In this document: one piece after another, positions 46,742 through 55,256 of the stretch | Layout of the letters: every line of letters starts with the position of its first letter | Position numbering within the stretch: position 1 is the first letter of the stretch | Assembly: GCA_035506275.1 (NCBI GenBank) | Contig: DATJPT010000006.1 | Coordinates: forward strand, 284,635-348,634 | Direction of reading: 5' to 3' | Source of the DNA: Bacteroidota bacterium | Lineage (GTDB): Bacteria > Bacteroidota > Ignavibacteria > UBA10030 > UBA8401 | DNA: 64,000 nucleotides | Notes under the pieces: model-generated | The model's database searches: none | What the model saw: only the letters and a program-made list of their open reading frames with translations | What the model was told of the DNA's origin: nothing | Position numbers and translations under genes: made by a program

Positions 46742-47200
46742 ATTTGATAGGATCCTTTCTTTCCGAGAAAGAAAGGATCCAAAGAAATCCTTCGAAATCG
46801 TAACGCTCAGATTCAATCCCAACCGCACTTCCGCCAATTTCGGTGCCAACAAGTTTTTTGAACATCATCATATGGGAATTTTTGCACCGAAATTGGAACC
46901 CTTCGATTGAATCCTTCCCCCTGCTCGTACCCGACGATTTCGAATAGCGATCAAATAGCGGCTGAAATTTTAAGCAAGGAATCGGCGGGTATGTGCGTTG
47001 GGCGCGATGCGCGCCTAAGGAAAACGGCAAGCTTGTGAGTCGGCATGAGGGTTCCGATTCCGAAGGGCTCTTCCCGCTTTCCAAAGCTATGAATGGCGGG
47101 ATCCCATAAAGCGGGACTTTGCTTCTTTCCCTGGCTAAAGAGAAAGAAGTGAGGTCTGGCAAAATTCGTGCTGAGACTCCCCTTTCGCCCCTCACCTTGA
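46742..47200 (+). promoter_or_regulatory. copy 2 (most complete) of the conserved palindrome-bounded 5' cis-element, upstream of the cNMP/GAF histidine kinase
   Basis: P1 CCTTTCTTTCcgagAAAGAAAGG (46754-46776); P2 CTTCTTTCCCTGgctaaAGAGAAAGAAG (47122-47149). It carries an extra ~110-bp insert with its own inverted repeat CCAATTTCGGTGC...GCACCGAAATTGG. Shared blocks with the copies at 2770, 53372 and 11230. Confidence 0.5.
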
Positions 47201-47227
47201 CTCTCGAAACGCTTATATGTAAATTTC
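47197..47227 (+). promoter_or_regulatory. putative Bacteroidetes-type promoter (-33 TTGACTC, 20-bp spacer, -7 TAAATTTC)
   Basis: ccTTGACTCtcgaaacgcttatatgTAAATTTC. The same geometry is seen at 52227-52257 and 53508-53538. Confidence 0.4.
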
Positions 47228-47285
47228 TGCTGATGTAAAAAAATTTGCTTGAAAATTTCTTCACGCCGAAACACTCAGGCCGCGC

Positions 47286-48917
47286 ATGGAAAATACGAAT
47301 CTCACGATCGAGAACCTTCGCGTCAATTCTCTCTTCAAGTACATCAGCGACAACGATCTGCAAAAGATCTCCAAGACTCTGAAAGAGGAAACCTTCAGCG
47401 CAGGAACGGTTATTTTCAACGAAAGGACCCGCGGCGAACGCCTCTACCTGATCCTCGACGGAAGAGTGAAGATCTCCAAGATCACGAAATTCGGCATGGA
47501 AACTCCGCTTGCCATCCTCGGCAAGGGTGAATTTTTCGGCGAGATGGAGCTTATCGAGGACCTCGATCGCTCTGCCCGGACCACCGCGCTGGAAAATACC
47601 GTCGTCGCCGGCATCTCCAATCACGATTTTGACAGTCTCATCAAGACCAATCATATCGTGACGCTGAATCTGCTGAAGGCGATCAGCAAACGGCTTCGTT
47701 CGACGGACGAGATCGTGGTGGCGGAACTGGAAAAGAACCTTGAAGCCTCCAACCGGCAGGTAGAAAAACTGAATTTGCTCATCGACGCGGCGAAGACGGT
47801 CAACTCCACCCTCGACCTTGATAAACTCCTCGACGTCATCCTTGAGACCTCGATCAAATCTATTTCTGCGGACCGCGGGACGCTCTATCTCATCGATGAG
47901 CTGAAATCGGAAATCTGGTCGAAGGCGCTGCGGGGAACCGAGGTCATCGAGATCCGCCTCCCCATCGGCAAAGGATTGTCCGGCTACGTCGCGAAGACCG
48001 GGGAGACGATCAACATTCCCGATGCATACAACGATTCGCGCTTCAACCCGGAGGTCGACAGGAAATCCGGCTTCCGGACGAACAACATGCTTTGCATGCC
48101 GATGCGCAACAGGGACGGAAAAATTATCGGCGTCTTTCAGATGCTGAACAAAAAAGGGGGACCGTTCACCAGCCAGGACGAAGAGTTCATCAACGCTCTG
48201 TCGATCCACGCGTCGATCGCGATCGAGAACGCCCGTCTTGCACAGGAGATGGTGAACAGCGAACGTCTCTCCGCCGTCGGAAGAATGGCCAGCACCATCA
48301 TCCACGACATCAAGAACCCGATGGGGACGCTGCGGGTCTATGCGCAGGTGATGAAGAAAAAATCGGGGAACGAGGAAGCGGGAAAGCTCGCCGACGAAAT
48401 GATCCATCAGGTCGACCGGTTCGTCAACATGACGCAGGAGATCCTCGATTTCAGCCGCGGCGTCAGCGCCACCAACATCCAGACGGCGGAATTCGGCGAA
48501 GTGATGGAAGGGGTCCTCGCCTTCATCGAGAAAGACCTGACGAAGCGGAACATCAAGCTGGAAAAGAACCTCAATTTTCAGGGGAAGGTACGGATCGACC
48601 AGGATAAGGTCGTACGGGTTTTCTATAATATCGCAAGCAACGCGGCGGACGCAATGCCGACGGGGGGAACGCTCCTGGTCACGACGGAAAGCGCCGGCGA
48701 CATGGTGAAGGTCGACTTCAAGGACACCGGAACCGGGATGCCCGAAGAAGTGAAGCGGAGGATCTTTGAGCCGTTCGTGACGTACGGCAAGAAGCACGGC
48801 ACCGGCCTCGGCATGGCGATCGTGAAGAAAGTGATGGACGACCACAAAGGGAAGATCGAGATCGAAACGGAAATGGGAAAAGGTACGACCATCCGCCTCC
48901 TCTTTCCGCTGACGTAG
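47286..48917 (+). CDS. sensor histidine kinase with cyclic-nucleotide-binding (cNMP) and GAF domains (cytoplasmic)
   Basis: 543 aa; cNMP-binding GEFFGEMELI...RSARTTAL, GAF (DRGTLYLID...GLSGYVAKTGETINIPDAY), H-box STIIHDIKNPMGT, G-box GTGLGMAIVKKVMDDHKGKIE. The 808-aa reverse ORF in the track is its antisense shadow. Confidence 0.85.
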   Translation: MENTNLTIENLRVNSLFKYISDNDLQKISKTLKEETFSAGTVIFNERTRGERLYLILDGRVKISKITKFGMETPLAILGKGEFFGEMELIEDLDRSARTTALENTVVAGISNHDFDSLIKTNHIVTLNLLKAISKRLRSTDEIVVAELEKNLEASNRQVEKLNLLIDAAKTVNSTLDLDKLLDVILETSIKSISADRGTLYLIDELKSEIWSKALRGTEVIEIRLPIGKGLSGYVAKTGETINIPDAYNDSRFNPEVDRKSGFRTNNMLCMPMRNRDGKIIGVFQMLNKKGGPFTSQDEEFINALSIHASIAIENARLAQEMVNSERLSAVGRMASTIIHDIKNPMGTLRVYAQVMKKKSGNEEAGKLADEMIHQVDRFVNMTQEILDFSRGVSATNIQTAEFGEVMEGVLAFIEKDLTKRNIKLEKNLNFQGKVRIDQDKVVRVFYNIASNAADAMPTGGTLLVTTESAGDMVKVDFKDTGTGMPEEVKRRIFEPFVTYGKKHGTGLGMAIVKKVMDDHKGKIEIETEMGKGTTIRLLFPLT

Positions 48918-48936
48918 CTTTTCACCGGGGGGAAGA

Positions 48937-50325
48937 TTACCGCGCGCTATCTCCTGATGCGCCTTCAAGGAATTTCCGCACCAGCGCCCCGCATCGGTAT
49001 CCGCTTTGTGCCGCTCCCTCGATCGTTGCCGGCAGTTTCGTGTCGGTCCAATCCCCCGCCAAAAATAAATTCCTGACCGATGTTGCGTGCGATGGACGAA
49101 CGCTTTCCGTTCCAACCCGCGGCGAGAAGGTCGCCCGTTTTTCCTTCACGACAAGAGAGTGAACAAGGGAAGCCCGGCCGCACGCCGGATAAAACCGCCG
49201 AAGCTCCGACAACGCCAGCGCAAGAAGTTCCTCTTTCTCTTTTGCAATGAAATCCCCCGCGCCGCTGATGACGAGCGAAAGATAATCGCCGCCGCTCTCC
49301 TTTTCAAAAATTCTGGATTTGTTGAACACCCAATGGATCGGCGAATCGAGAAGCGCCGTAAAATCCTCATCCACAAAGCTCCTGTCGAACCAGAGATGGA
49401 TCGTGACGATTGGCGAGGAGATGAAACTGCCGGCGGACGACGTCTCCGGCAAAACGGCGGACGTCCCCCCGCCGAACACTCTCGGCAAATCGAAGTATGG
49501 AACGGCCGAAACGACGGCCCGCGGAGAGACGGCAGCTCCGGAATTCAACTCAAGTTTTGAGATCTGCATCCCATCCAGTTCGGCCCTTTCAACCGTCGTC
49601 TCCGTTAGGACCCGGCCGCCGTTCCGCTCCAGAAATTCGACCGCGTTATCCACCAAAACAACGCTCAGGCCCCTCTTTGGTATGACCATGGAAGAATCGC
49701 GCTTCTTCCCCAAAAACGCCGACTGAAGAACCTTGATGAAGAGCGCCGCAGAGACGACATCCGGCGAGTCGTTCAGCGTTCCGATGGCAAGAATATCCCA
49801 CAGATACTCCTTGTTCTCTTTTGATTGACCGAGAGTATCGAGCCATTGGGTAACCGTCTGCGCCCGGAGATTCTCGTCGGAATCGGGCTTGGCGGAGAGA
49901 AGCGCCGTTCCGACACGGAGCAGCGACAACCGCTGGCTGAAGGAAAGGCTTTTCAGCCGAAGCAAACCGGCCAAGATGTTGAGAGGAGGGGGGAGAGCAG
50001 CCGAACGCAACCGGAAAAGGCCGCGATCTGCGTGGCGGAAGGAGACGGAAAGTCGCTCCTGAACCGAAACGAGAGGCATCGCGCCGATGGCGGCGAGATA
50101 GTTCAGCGTGGAATGATAGCAGCCCATCATCAGATGCTGGCCGTTGTCGACCTCGTCGCCGGTCGCTCTTTCGACAAATGAATACGTCCTGCCGCCGCAA
50201 TGCTGCTTCTGTTCGATGAGACAAACTGAATAACCGGACCCGGCAAGGCTGACCGCCGCCGTCAGTCCGCTGACGCCGCCGCCGATCACAACGACATCGG
50301 GAGCACTACGTGCGGGAAGCTGCAT
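48937..50325 (-). CDS. hpnE: FAD-dependent amine-oxidase-family desaturase, HpnE-like (hydroxysqualene dehydroxylase) by context
   Basis: 462 aa; N-terminal dinucleotide-binding VVVIGGGVSGLTAA...EQKQHCGGR. Last gene of a three-gene cluster with two squalene/phytoene-synthase paralogues. Confidence 0.6.
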   Translation of the reverse strand: MQLPARSAPDVVVIGGGVSGLTAAVSLAGSGYSVCLIEQKQHCGGRTYSFVERATGDEVDNGQHLMMGCYHSTLNYLAAIGAMPLVSVQERLSVSFRHADRGLFRLRSAALPPPLNILAGLLRLKSLSFSQRLSLLRVGTALLSAKPDSDENLRAQTVTQWLDTLGQSKENKEYLWDILAIGTLNDSPDVVSAALFIKVLQSAFLGKKRDSSMVIPKRGLSVVLVDNAVEFLERNGGRVLTETTVERAELDGMQISKLELNSGAAVSPRAVVSAVPYFDLPRVFGGGTSAVLPETSSAGSFISSPIVTIHLWFDRSFVDEDFTALLDSPIHWVFNKSRIFEKESGGDYLSLVISGAGDFIAKEKEELLALALSELRRFYPACGRASLVHSLVVKEKRATFSPRVGTESVRPSHATSVRNLFLAGDWTDTKLPATIEGAAQSGYRCGALVRKFLEGASGDSAR

Positions 50326-51172
50326 GCGTGAAGAGCCTTCTGTTCTTCCACCATACTTCGATGGTGATCAGAAGCTTCGTAAAATTGGAGAGCTTGATGC
50401 GTTTGGAAAAAACGTTGTACTCCGCCCGGCCGATATCCTGGAGAAGCCGGAAATAGATGGCTTCCATGATCTGCGCCGCGAGGAAAAGCGGCTTGTCTTC
50501 TTCCGAAAGATTCTCGAGAGCGCTCTTGAAGAATGAGCGGGCCCGCTCGCATTCGAATTTCATCAGACGGATGAACTGAGCGTTGTATGTTCCGGCCAGT
50601 AATTCTTCCTCGGTGTACCCGAATTCGGCCAGGTCTTCGAGCGGAAGATAAATTCTCCCCTTCGCCGCGTCGGCCTTGATGTCCCGCAAAATATTGGTGA
50701 GCTGAAGAGCGATGCCGAGGTTGACGGCGTATTCCTTCGCCCCTTCGTTCTTATAGCCGAAAATTTCCGTGCAGATCAGTCCGACGGTCGACGCCGCGCG
50801 GTAGCAATACTCCCGCAGCTCGCCGAAGGTGGCATACCTCGTTTTCAACAGGTCCATTTCCATTCCCTTGATCAGGTCGTGAAAATGGTTCAGCGGAATG
50901 TTGAACCGCTGGATGATCTGGCTCAGCTTGTTCAGCAGCGGGTAGCGCGACGTCCCCGCGATCGCCTGCTCGAACTCCCGCGACCACTGGCGCAGCCGGA
51001 CATACTTCCGCTTGACGTTCTCGTCCTCGTCGACGATGTCGTCCGTCGTGCGGCACCAGGCGTACACGACGTTGATGGCGTCGCGCTTGGGCTTCGGAAG
51101 AAGAAAGAACGAGTAATAGAAATTACTCCGTTTATTCTTTTCTATAATGTCGGCTACAAGAAGTGATTCCAT
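50306..51172 (-). CDS. hpnD: squalene/phytoene synthase family protein, HpnD-like (presqualene diphosphate synthase)
   Basis: 288 aa; SNFYYSFFLLPKPKRDAINVVYAWCRTTDDIVDE (first Asp-rich motif) and a second DxxxD region. Confidence 0.6.
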   Translation of the reverse strand: MESLLVADIIEKNKRSNFYYSFFLLPKPKRDAINVVYAWCRTTDDIVDEDENVKRKYVRLRQWSREFEQAIAGTSRYPLLNKLSQIIQRFNIPLNHFHDLIKGMEMDLLKTRYATFGELREYCYRAASTVGLICTEIFGYKNEGAKEYAVNLGIALQLTNILRDIKADAAKGRIYLPLEDLAEFGYTEEELLAGTYNAQFIRLMKFECERARSFFKSALENLSEEDKPLFLAAQIMEAIYFRLLQDIGRAEYNVFSKRIKLSNFTKLLITIEVWWKNRRLFTHAASRT

Positions 51173-51173
51173 G

Positions 51174-52001
51174 TCAGCGTGTGAGTAGCGTTCGAAATCC
51201 GATCAGGGGCCAGTCGGCGATCGAGAGGGCCGGCCGGCGGCGCGTTGTATCATACCCGAGCTGTTCGATCTTTTCCAGGATCCTCATTCCCCCGTGGAAC
51301 GTCGCCCGGAGTTCAAACGAAAAACGGGCATCGACCAGATGAAACAGCGGCTTGCCGTCAAGAAAAAATCTCTTCGTCCGCTCAACCTGAAATTTCAACA
51401 ACGGGGCAATGGCGTCGGTTCCGCCGTTTCGGAGTGCGTCCGGAGTTACGCCGAACCGCTCAAGATCCTCACGGGGAATATAAAGACGATTTCGCTTTAT
51501 ATCAATACTCAAATCCTGCCAGAAGTTCGTCAGCTGCAGCGCAGTGCAGATGGAATCCGAGAACCTGTACGTTTCGTCGTTCGCATGGCTCACGATGTGA
51601 AGAACGATCCTCCCTACCGGGTTGGCGGAATGGCTGCAGTACGCAAGAACGTCGGCAAAGGTCGGATATTCCCTTCCCTCGGCATCCATTTTGAACGCCG
51701 CCATCAGGTCGATGAAGAGAGACGACGGAATACTATACTCTTTGACAGCCTCTGCAAGTTCGATGAAGAACGGAACATCGCTGAGGCCGGCCAAGGATTC
51801 CCTGAACTCCCCTTCCCAATCGTCAAGTTTTTGCAGCCGGACTGACGACGGGGCATCCCCTTCATCGGCAATATCATCAGCAACACGGGCAAAAGCATAG
51901 ACCAGCCTGATCGGGGACCGGAATTCTTTGGCGACCAATATCGAACCGACCGGAAAATTCTCGTAGTGCGTTTCGGCAAGCGACTGGAGGGATTCTGACA
52001 C
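51174..52001 (-). CDS. hpnC: squalene/phytoene synthase family protein, HpnC-like (hydroxysqualene synthase)
   Basis: 275 aa; YENFPVGSILV...RLVYAFARVADDIADEGD. Stop and start are adjacent to the next gene (operon). Confidence 0.6.
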   Translation of the reverse strand: MSESLQSLAETHYENFPVGSILVAKEFRSPIRLVYAFARVADDIADEGDAPSSVRLQKLDDWEGEFRESLAGLSDVPFFIELAEAVKEYSIPSSLFIDLMAAFKMDAEGREYPTFADVLAYCSHSANPVGRIVLHIVSHANDETYRFSDSICTALQLTNFWQDLSIDIKRNRLYIPREDLERFGVTPDALRNGGTDAIAPLLKFQVERTKRFFLDGKPLFHLVDARFSFELRATFHGGMRILEKIEQLGYDTTRRRPALSIADWPLIGFRTLLTR

Positions 52002-52226
52002 AGGAACTTTCGGAAGAAAACTTATCGATACTTGAATTGATCTCGGTCAAAATATCCTCAATTACCGGCGGAGTTGCAATCCTGATCAGCCTCTAAGCTG
52101 CGAGGGCGAATCGATACCAAATGATTCGCGTGCGCCGTTCGTCCCCCTACTCCCGTCGCAAAGCCTTCGTTTATCAGGATTGTCACCCTTCTAAGTGCAT
52201 ACATTTATGAAAATCTTTTATTTCGC

Positions 52227-52257
52227 CTTGACTCTCTTTACCTATCAACTTACATTT
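52227..52257 (+). promoter_or_regulatory. putative promoter (-33 TTGACTC, 20-bp spacer, -7 TACATTTG) for the response-regulator gene
   Basis: cgccTTGACTCtctttacctatcaactTACATTTGc matches the Bacteroidetes sigma-A consensus TTG/TAnnTTTG. Confidence 0.4.
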
Positions 52258-52370
52258 GCTCATCGCAAACGGGCCTGCCTTCTAAACAATTGCCAGCACC
52301 AAGGTTTCGCGAATAAGTTTACTTCCCTAAATAATTCCATTTTTTTAATACGTTTCAAGAGGAGCGATCG

Positions 52371-53138
52371 ATGGAAAGACCGTTGCACGTTCTTATTACC
52401 GAAGATGAAGAATCATTTGCCGACGTGTTGGCAATGGAATTACAGGAAACGGGCAATTTTCGGGTCACAACGGCTTACAACGGCACCGAAGGCATCGAGC
52501 GCTTGAAAGAAATCAAGGACATTGATATCGTTTTGATGGATTTTAACCTGGGGGATATTTCCGGCCTGCAGGTGCTCCAATGGATCAACGAGCAAAAAAT
52601 GGAAACTCCGGTCATTATGATGACCGCCGCCGGAACAGAAGAAGTCGCCGTCGAAGCGATGAAGCTTGGCGCCTACGACTATGTCCGCAAAGAACATCTC
52701 GAAATTAATCACTTCCCTATTTTGCTCCACGGCGTGTACGAACGATATCTCTTTCGCAAGGATAAACAGGCGCGAGACAAGGAGCAGCTGGAAAAAGAGA
52801 AGATGGAAGCCGCCGTTCAGATGTTCCAGACCACCGTGCGGACGATCGCCCATCACATCAACAACGCCCTCGCAATTTTCAAGCTTCAATCGTCTGTCTG
52901 CGAAAGAAATGTCCAGAAGATGCTCGACCCGACTCTTGCCAACCCTCTCCTCAAGCTGGTCACCGATCTTCGCCGCCAGGCGGATACCGTGGAATCGATC
53001 GTCCGGTCGCTCGTCGGAATTTCGGACATCGTGTACACAAAATATGCCGGCGATCAGGACATCATCGAGATCCGGGCTCAGCTCGAAAGAAATCTGGAAC
53101 GCCTGAAAGAGCAGAAGGTCGAAATGCTCGCGAGATAA
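52371..53138 (+). CDS. response regulator (REC domain) with C-terminal coiled-coil/uncharacterised output region
   Basis: 255 aa; REC motifs LITEDEES, phospho-acceptor in IVLMDFNLGD, and PVIMMTAAG...K. Confidence 0.75.
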   Translation: MERPLHVLITEDEESFADVLAMELQETGNFRVTTAYNGTEGIERLKEIKDIDIVLMDFNLGDISGLQVLQWINEQKMETPVIMMTAAGTEEVAVEAMKLGAYDYVRKEHLEINHFPILLHGVYERYLFRKDKQARDKEQLEKEKMEAAVQMFQTTVRTIAHHINNALAIFKLQSSVCERNVQKMLDPTLANPLLKLVTDLRRQADTVESIVRSLVGISDIVYTKYAGDQDIIEIRAQLERNLERLKEQKVEMLAR

Positions 53139-53328
53139 TATCCCGCGCTGCTGTTTGATATCTCACTCCCCTTTGTTTGATCGCATCCACCATTTGTCTC
53201 CGGTTTCTAAGATTCTGTAAGGATCGTCATCCAGGCCTTCACGGGAGACGACCGATTCCCGCTTTTCTGACCATGTGCTGATTTGTCATGCGGATCTTTA
53301 ATGCATTCTGCGGTGATCCTTCCTGCAC

Positions 53329-53360
53329 TTGAGTCCTGCCATTCAGCGTATAGGACTCAA
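53329..53360 (+). promoter_or_regulatory. perfect 9-bp inverted repeat TTGAGTCCT-N14-AGGACTCAA upstream of hrcA (candidate operator; not a canonical CIRCE)
   Basis: Read directly from the sequence. The canonical CIRCE TTAGCACTC-N9-GAGTGCTAA is not present anywhere upstream of hrcA-grpE-dnaJ in this window. Confidence 0.4.
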
Positions 53361-53371
53361 TTTATCGTGTT

Positions 53372-53507
53372 ATCTCTCTTCCCGCTTTCCAAAACTATGA
53401 AAGGCGGGATCCCATAAAGTGGGACTTTGCTTCTTTCTCTGGCTACAGAGAAAAAAGAGTGGTTTGGCATAATTCAAACTGAGACATCACCATCCCCCCC
53501 TCCTTCC
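53372..53507 (+). promoter_or_regulatory. copy 3 (3' half only) of the conserved cis-element, upstream of hrcA
   Basis: ctcttcccgctttccaaaactatgaaaggcgggatcccataaagtgggactttgCTTCTTTCTCTGgctaCAGAGAAAAAAG (P2 at 53430-53457), followed by the aattcaaactgagac block. Confidence 0.5.
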
Positions 53508-53538
53508 TTGACTCAGCGCCTAAAAATTCGTACTTTTC
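53508..53538 (+). promoter_or_regulatory. putative promoter (-33 TTGACTC, 20-bp spacer, -7 TACTTTTC) for hrcA-grpE-dnaJ
   Basis: ccTTGACTCagcgcctaaaaattcgTACTTTTCatag. Confidence 0.4.
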
Positions 53539-53571
53539 ATAGAATATCGGCGTTTTTTCATACCGGGCAGA

Positions 53572-54609
53572 TTGACAATGACTGAGAGCTTGAACGAACG
53601 GGAAAGAACGATCTTACGGAGCATTATTTACAGCTTCATCCAGACCGCTACGCCTGTCGGCTCCCGTTATATTTCGAAGAGACACGGCCTCGACCTGAGT
53701 CCTGCGACCGTTCGCAACGTCATGTCCGATCTGGAATTTTTGGGATACATCGACCACCCGCACACCTCGGCGGGAAGAATTCCGACGGACAAAGGCTACA
53801 GGTTTTACGTCGATTCGTTGATCGAGCTGGAAACTCTTTCGGAACAGGACCGGACCGCCATTCAATCCCAGATCCACGGGAGCGCCGATCCCGACGAAGT
53901 GCTGAAAGAAACATCAAAAATTTTGGGAACGATCTCGCACCAGCTGGGAATCGTCTCCACGCCCCGTGTGAGCGCCGGAGTCTTCGATAAGCTCGAACTG
54001 GTCTCGGTTTCCGCCTCAAAGGTGATGGTCATAATCTCCATCCGCTCCGGTTTGGTGAAGACGATCATGATGGAAGTTCATTCCGAGATCCCCAAAATAA
54101 AGCTGGAAGAGGTGAGCAGGATTCTCAACGAACGGCTTTCCGGCCTGACCTTGCGGCAGATCAGGCGAACCTTCCGCGACCGCGTCCGGGACATGCAGAA
54201 CGAAGAGACGGGTTTGATACGATTGTTCGTCGAATCGGTCGACAAGGTCTTCGACGAGGCGCGCAACAAGGACAAGGTCCATATCGGGGGGACGCAGAGC
54301 CTGCTGTCGCAGCCGGAGTTCAACAGCGCCGACAATTTCCGCGGCATCATCGAACTGCTGGATAATGAGGACATCATCGTTCATATTCTGGAAAAAAAAG
54401 AATTTGGAGAAGGAAATATTTCGGTCTCGATCGGGTCCGAAAATCAGGAAGAAAAGATGCGGGAACTGAGCGTTGTCACCTCCCAATATGCCGCGGGGGA
54501 TGTCAGCGGCACGGTCGGCATCATTGGCGCAAAGAGGATGGATTATTCGAAGATGATCCCCCTCGTCGACTATATGGCGAAGCTTATCTCGATGGCCCTG
54601 CGGCCGTAA
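53572..54609 (+). CDS. hrcA: heat-inducible transcription repressor HrcA
   Basis: 345 aa; winged-helix N-terminus LNERERTILRSIIYSFIQTATPVGSRYISK and full-length collinearity with HrcA. Confidence 0.9.
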   Translation: MTMTESLNERERTILRSIIYSFIQTATPVGSRYISKRHGLDLSPATVRNVMSDLEFLGYIDHPHTSAGRIPTDKGYRFYVDSLIELETLSEQDRTAIQSQIHGSADPDEVLKETSKILGTISHQLGIVSTPRVSAGVFDKLELVSVSASKVMVIISIRSGLVKTIMMEVHSEIPKIKLEEVSRILNERLSGLTLRQIRRTFRDRVRDMQNEETGLIRLFVESVDKVFDEARNKDKVHIGGTQSLLSQPEFNSADNFRGIIELLDNEDIIVHILEKKEFGEGNISVSIGSENQEEKMRELSVVTSQYAAGDVSGTVGIIGAKRMDYSKMIPLVDYMAKLISMALRP

Positions 54610-54654
54610 GCGATCGCGAACACATACATCCGTATTGATTCAATCCAAGGAAAC

Positions 54655-55254
54655 ATGCCGGAAGAGAATAACGACATCAAGAAAGAACAGACGGTAGACG
54701 GAGCGCCGGAAACGGCGCAGCCGGCCGACAAAAAGCCGGAGAGTGCGGTGCTGAACGAAAAAATAGCCGATTTAGAGAGGCAGGCTGCCCAGTTGAAGGA
54801 CCAGCTCCTTCGCAAAGCGGCGGAATTCGACAATTACAAGCGGCGTACGGAGAACGATTTTTCTTCGCTCACAAGATTCGCCGCCGAGAATATCATTACC
54901 CAGCTCGTCCCGGTCCTCGACGACCTCAACCGCTCGCTGAAGAGCGGCAAGGAAAAATCCGGGAACGATCCTTTCTACAAAGGGGTCGAGCTGATCTATG
55001 CGAAATTTCTCAAGGTCCTCGAAGCCCAGGGGTTGAAGGCGATGGATGTTGTCGGCCAGGAATTTAACGTCGATGTGCACGACGCGCTCATGCAGATGCC
55101 GCGTACCGACGTCCCTCCGCACACGGTGCTCGAGGAGGTGGAAAAAGGGTACCTGCTGTTCGACAAAGTGATACGGCATGCCAAGGTGATCGTCTCCTCG
55201 GCGCCGGCGGAAGCGCCCGTCCAGCAGACAAAGACGGAGAATTTTGAAGACTGA
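54655..55254 (+). CDS. grpE: nucleotide exchange factor GrpE
   Basis: 199 aa; long N-terminal helix, then the GrpE core (FDNYKRRTE...; [12 protein letters not shown]). Confidence 0.9.
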   Translation: MPEENNDIKKEQTVDGAPETAQPADKKPESAVLNEKIADLERQAAQLKDQLLRKAAEFDNYKRRTENDFSSLTRFAAENIITQLVPVLDDLNRSLKSGKEKSGNDPFYKGVELIYAKFLKVLEAQGLKAMDVVGQEFNVDVHDALMQMPRTDVPPHTVLEEVEKGYLLFDKVIRHAKVIVSSAPAEAPVQQTKTENFED

Positions 55255-55256
55255 GT

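Noticed and set aside
46689-49115. 808-aa ORF on the minus strand
   Set aside because: It is the antisense shadow of the well-supported cNMP/GAF histidine kinase gene (47286-48917, plus strand), and its translation is Arg/Asp/Val-rich without motifs. The same applies to 18132-19907 (antisense of purA), 34338-35420 (antisense of the TPR gene), 5394-6395 / 6002-6910 (inside pyk), 7736-9304 (antisense of the acylase gene) and 42950-44014 (antisense of hflX).
53139-53571. Canonical CIRCE element upstream of hrcA
   Set aside because: I searched the region by eye for TTAGCACTC-N9-GAGTGCTAA and found no match within two mismatches. Only the different palindrome at 53329-53360 is present, reported as a finding.
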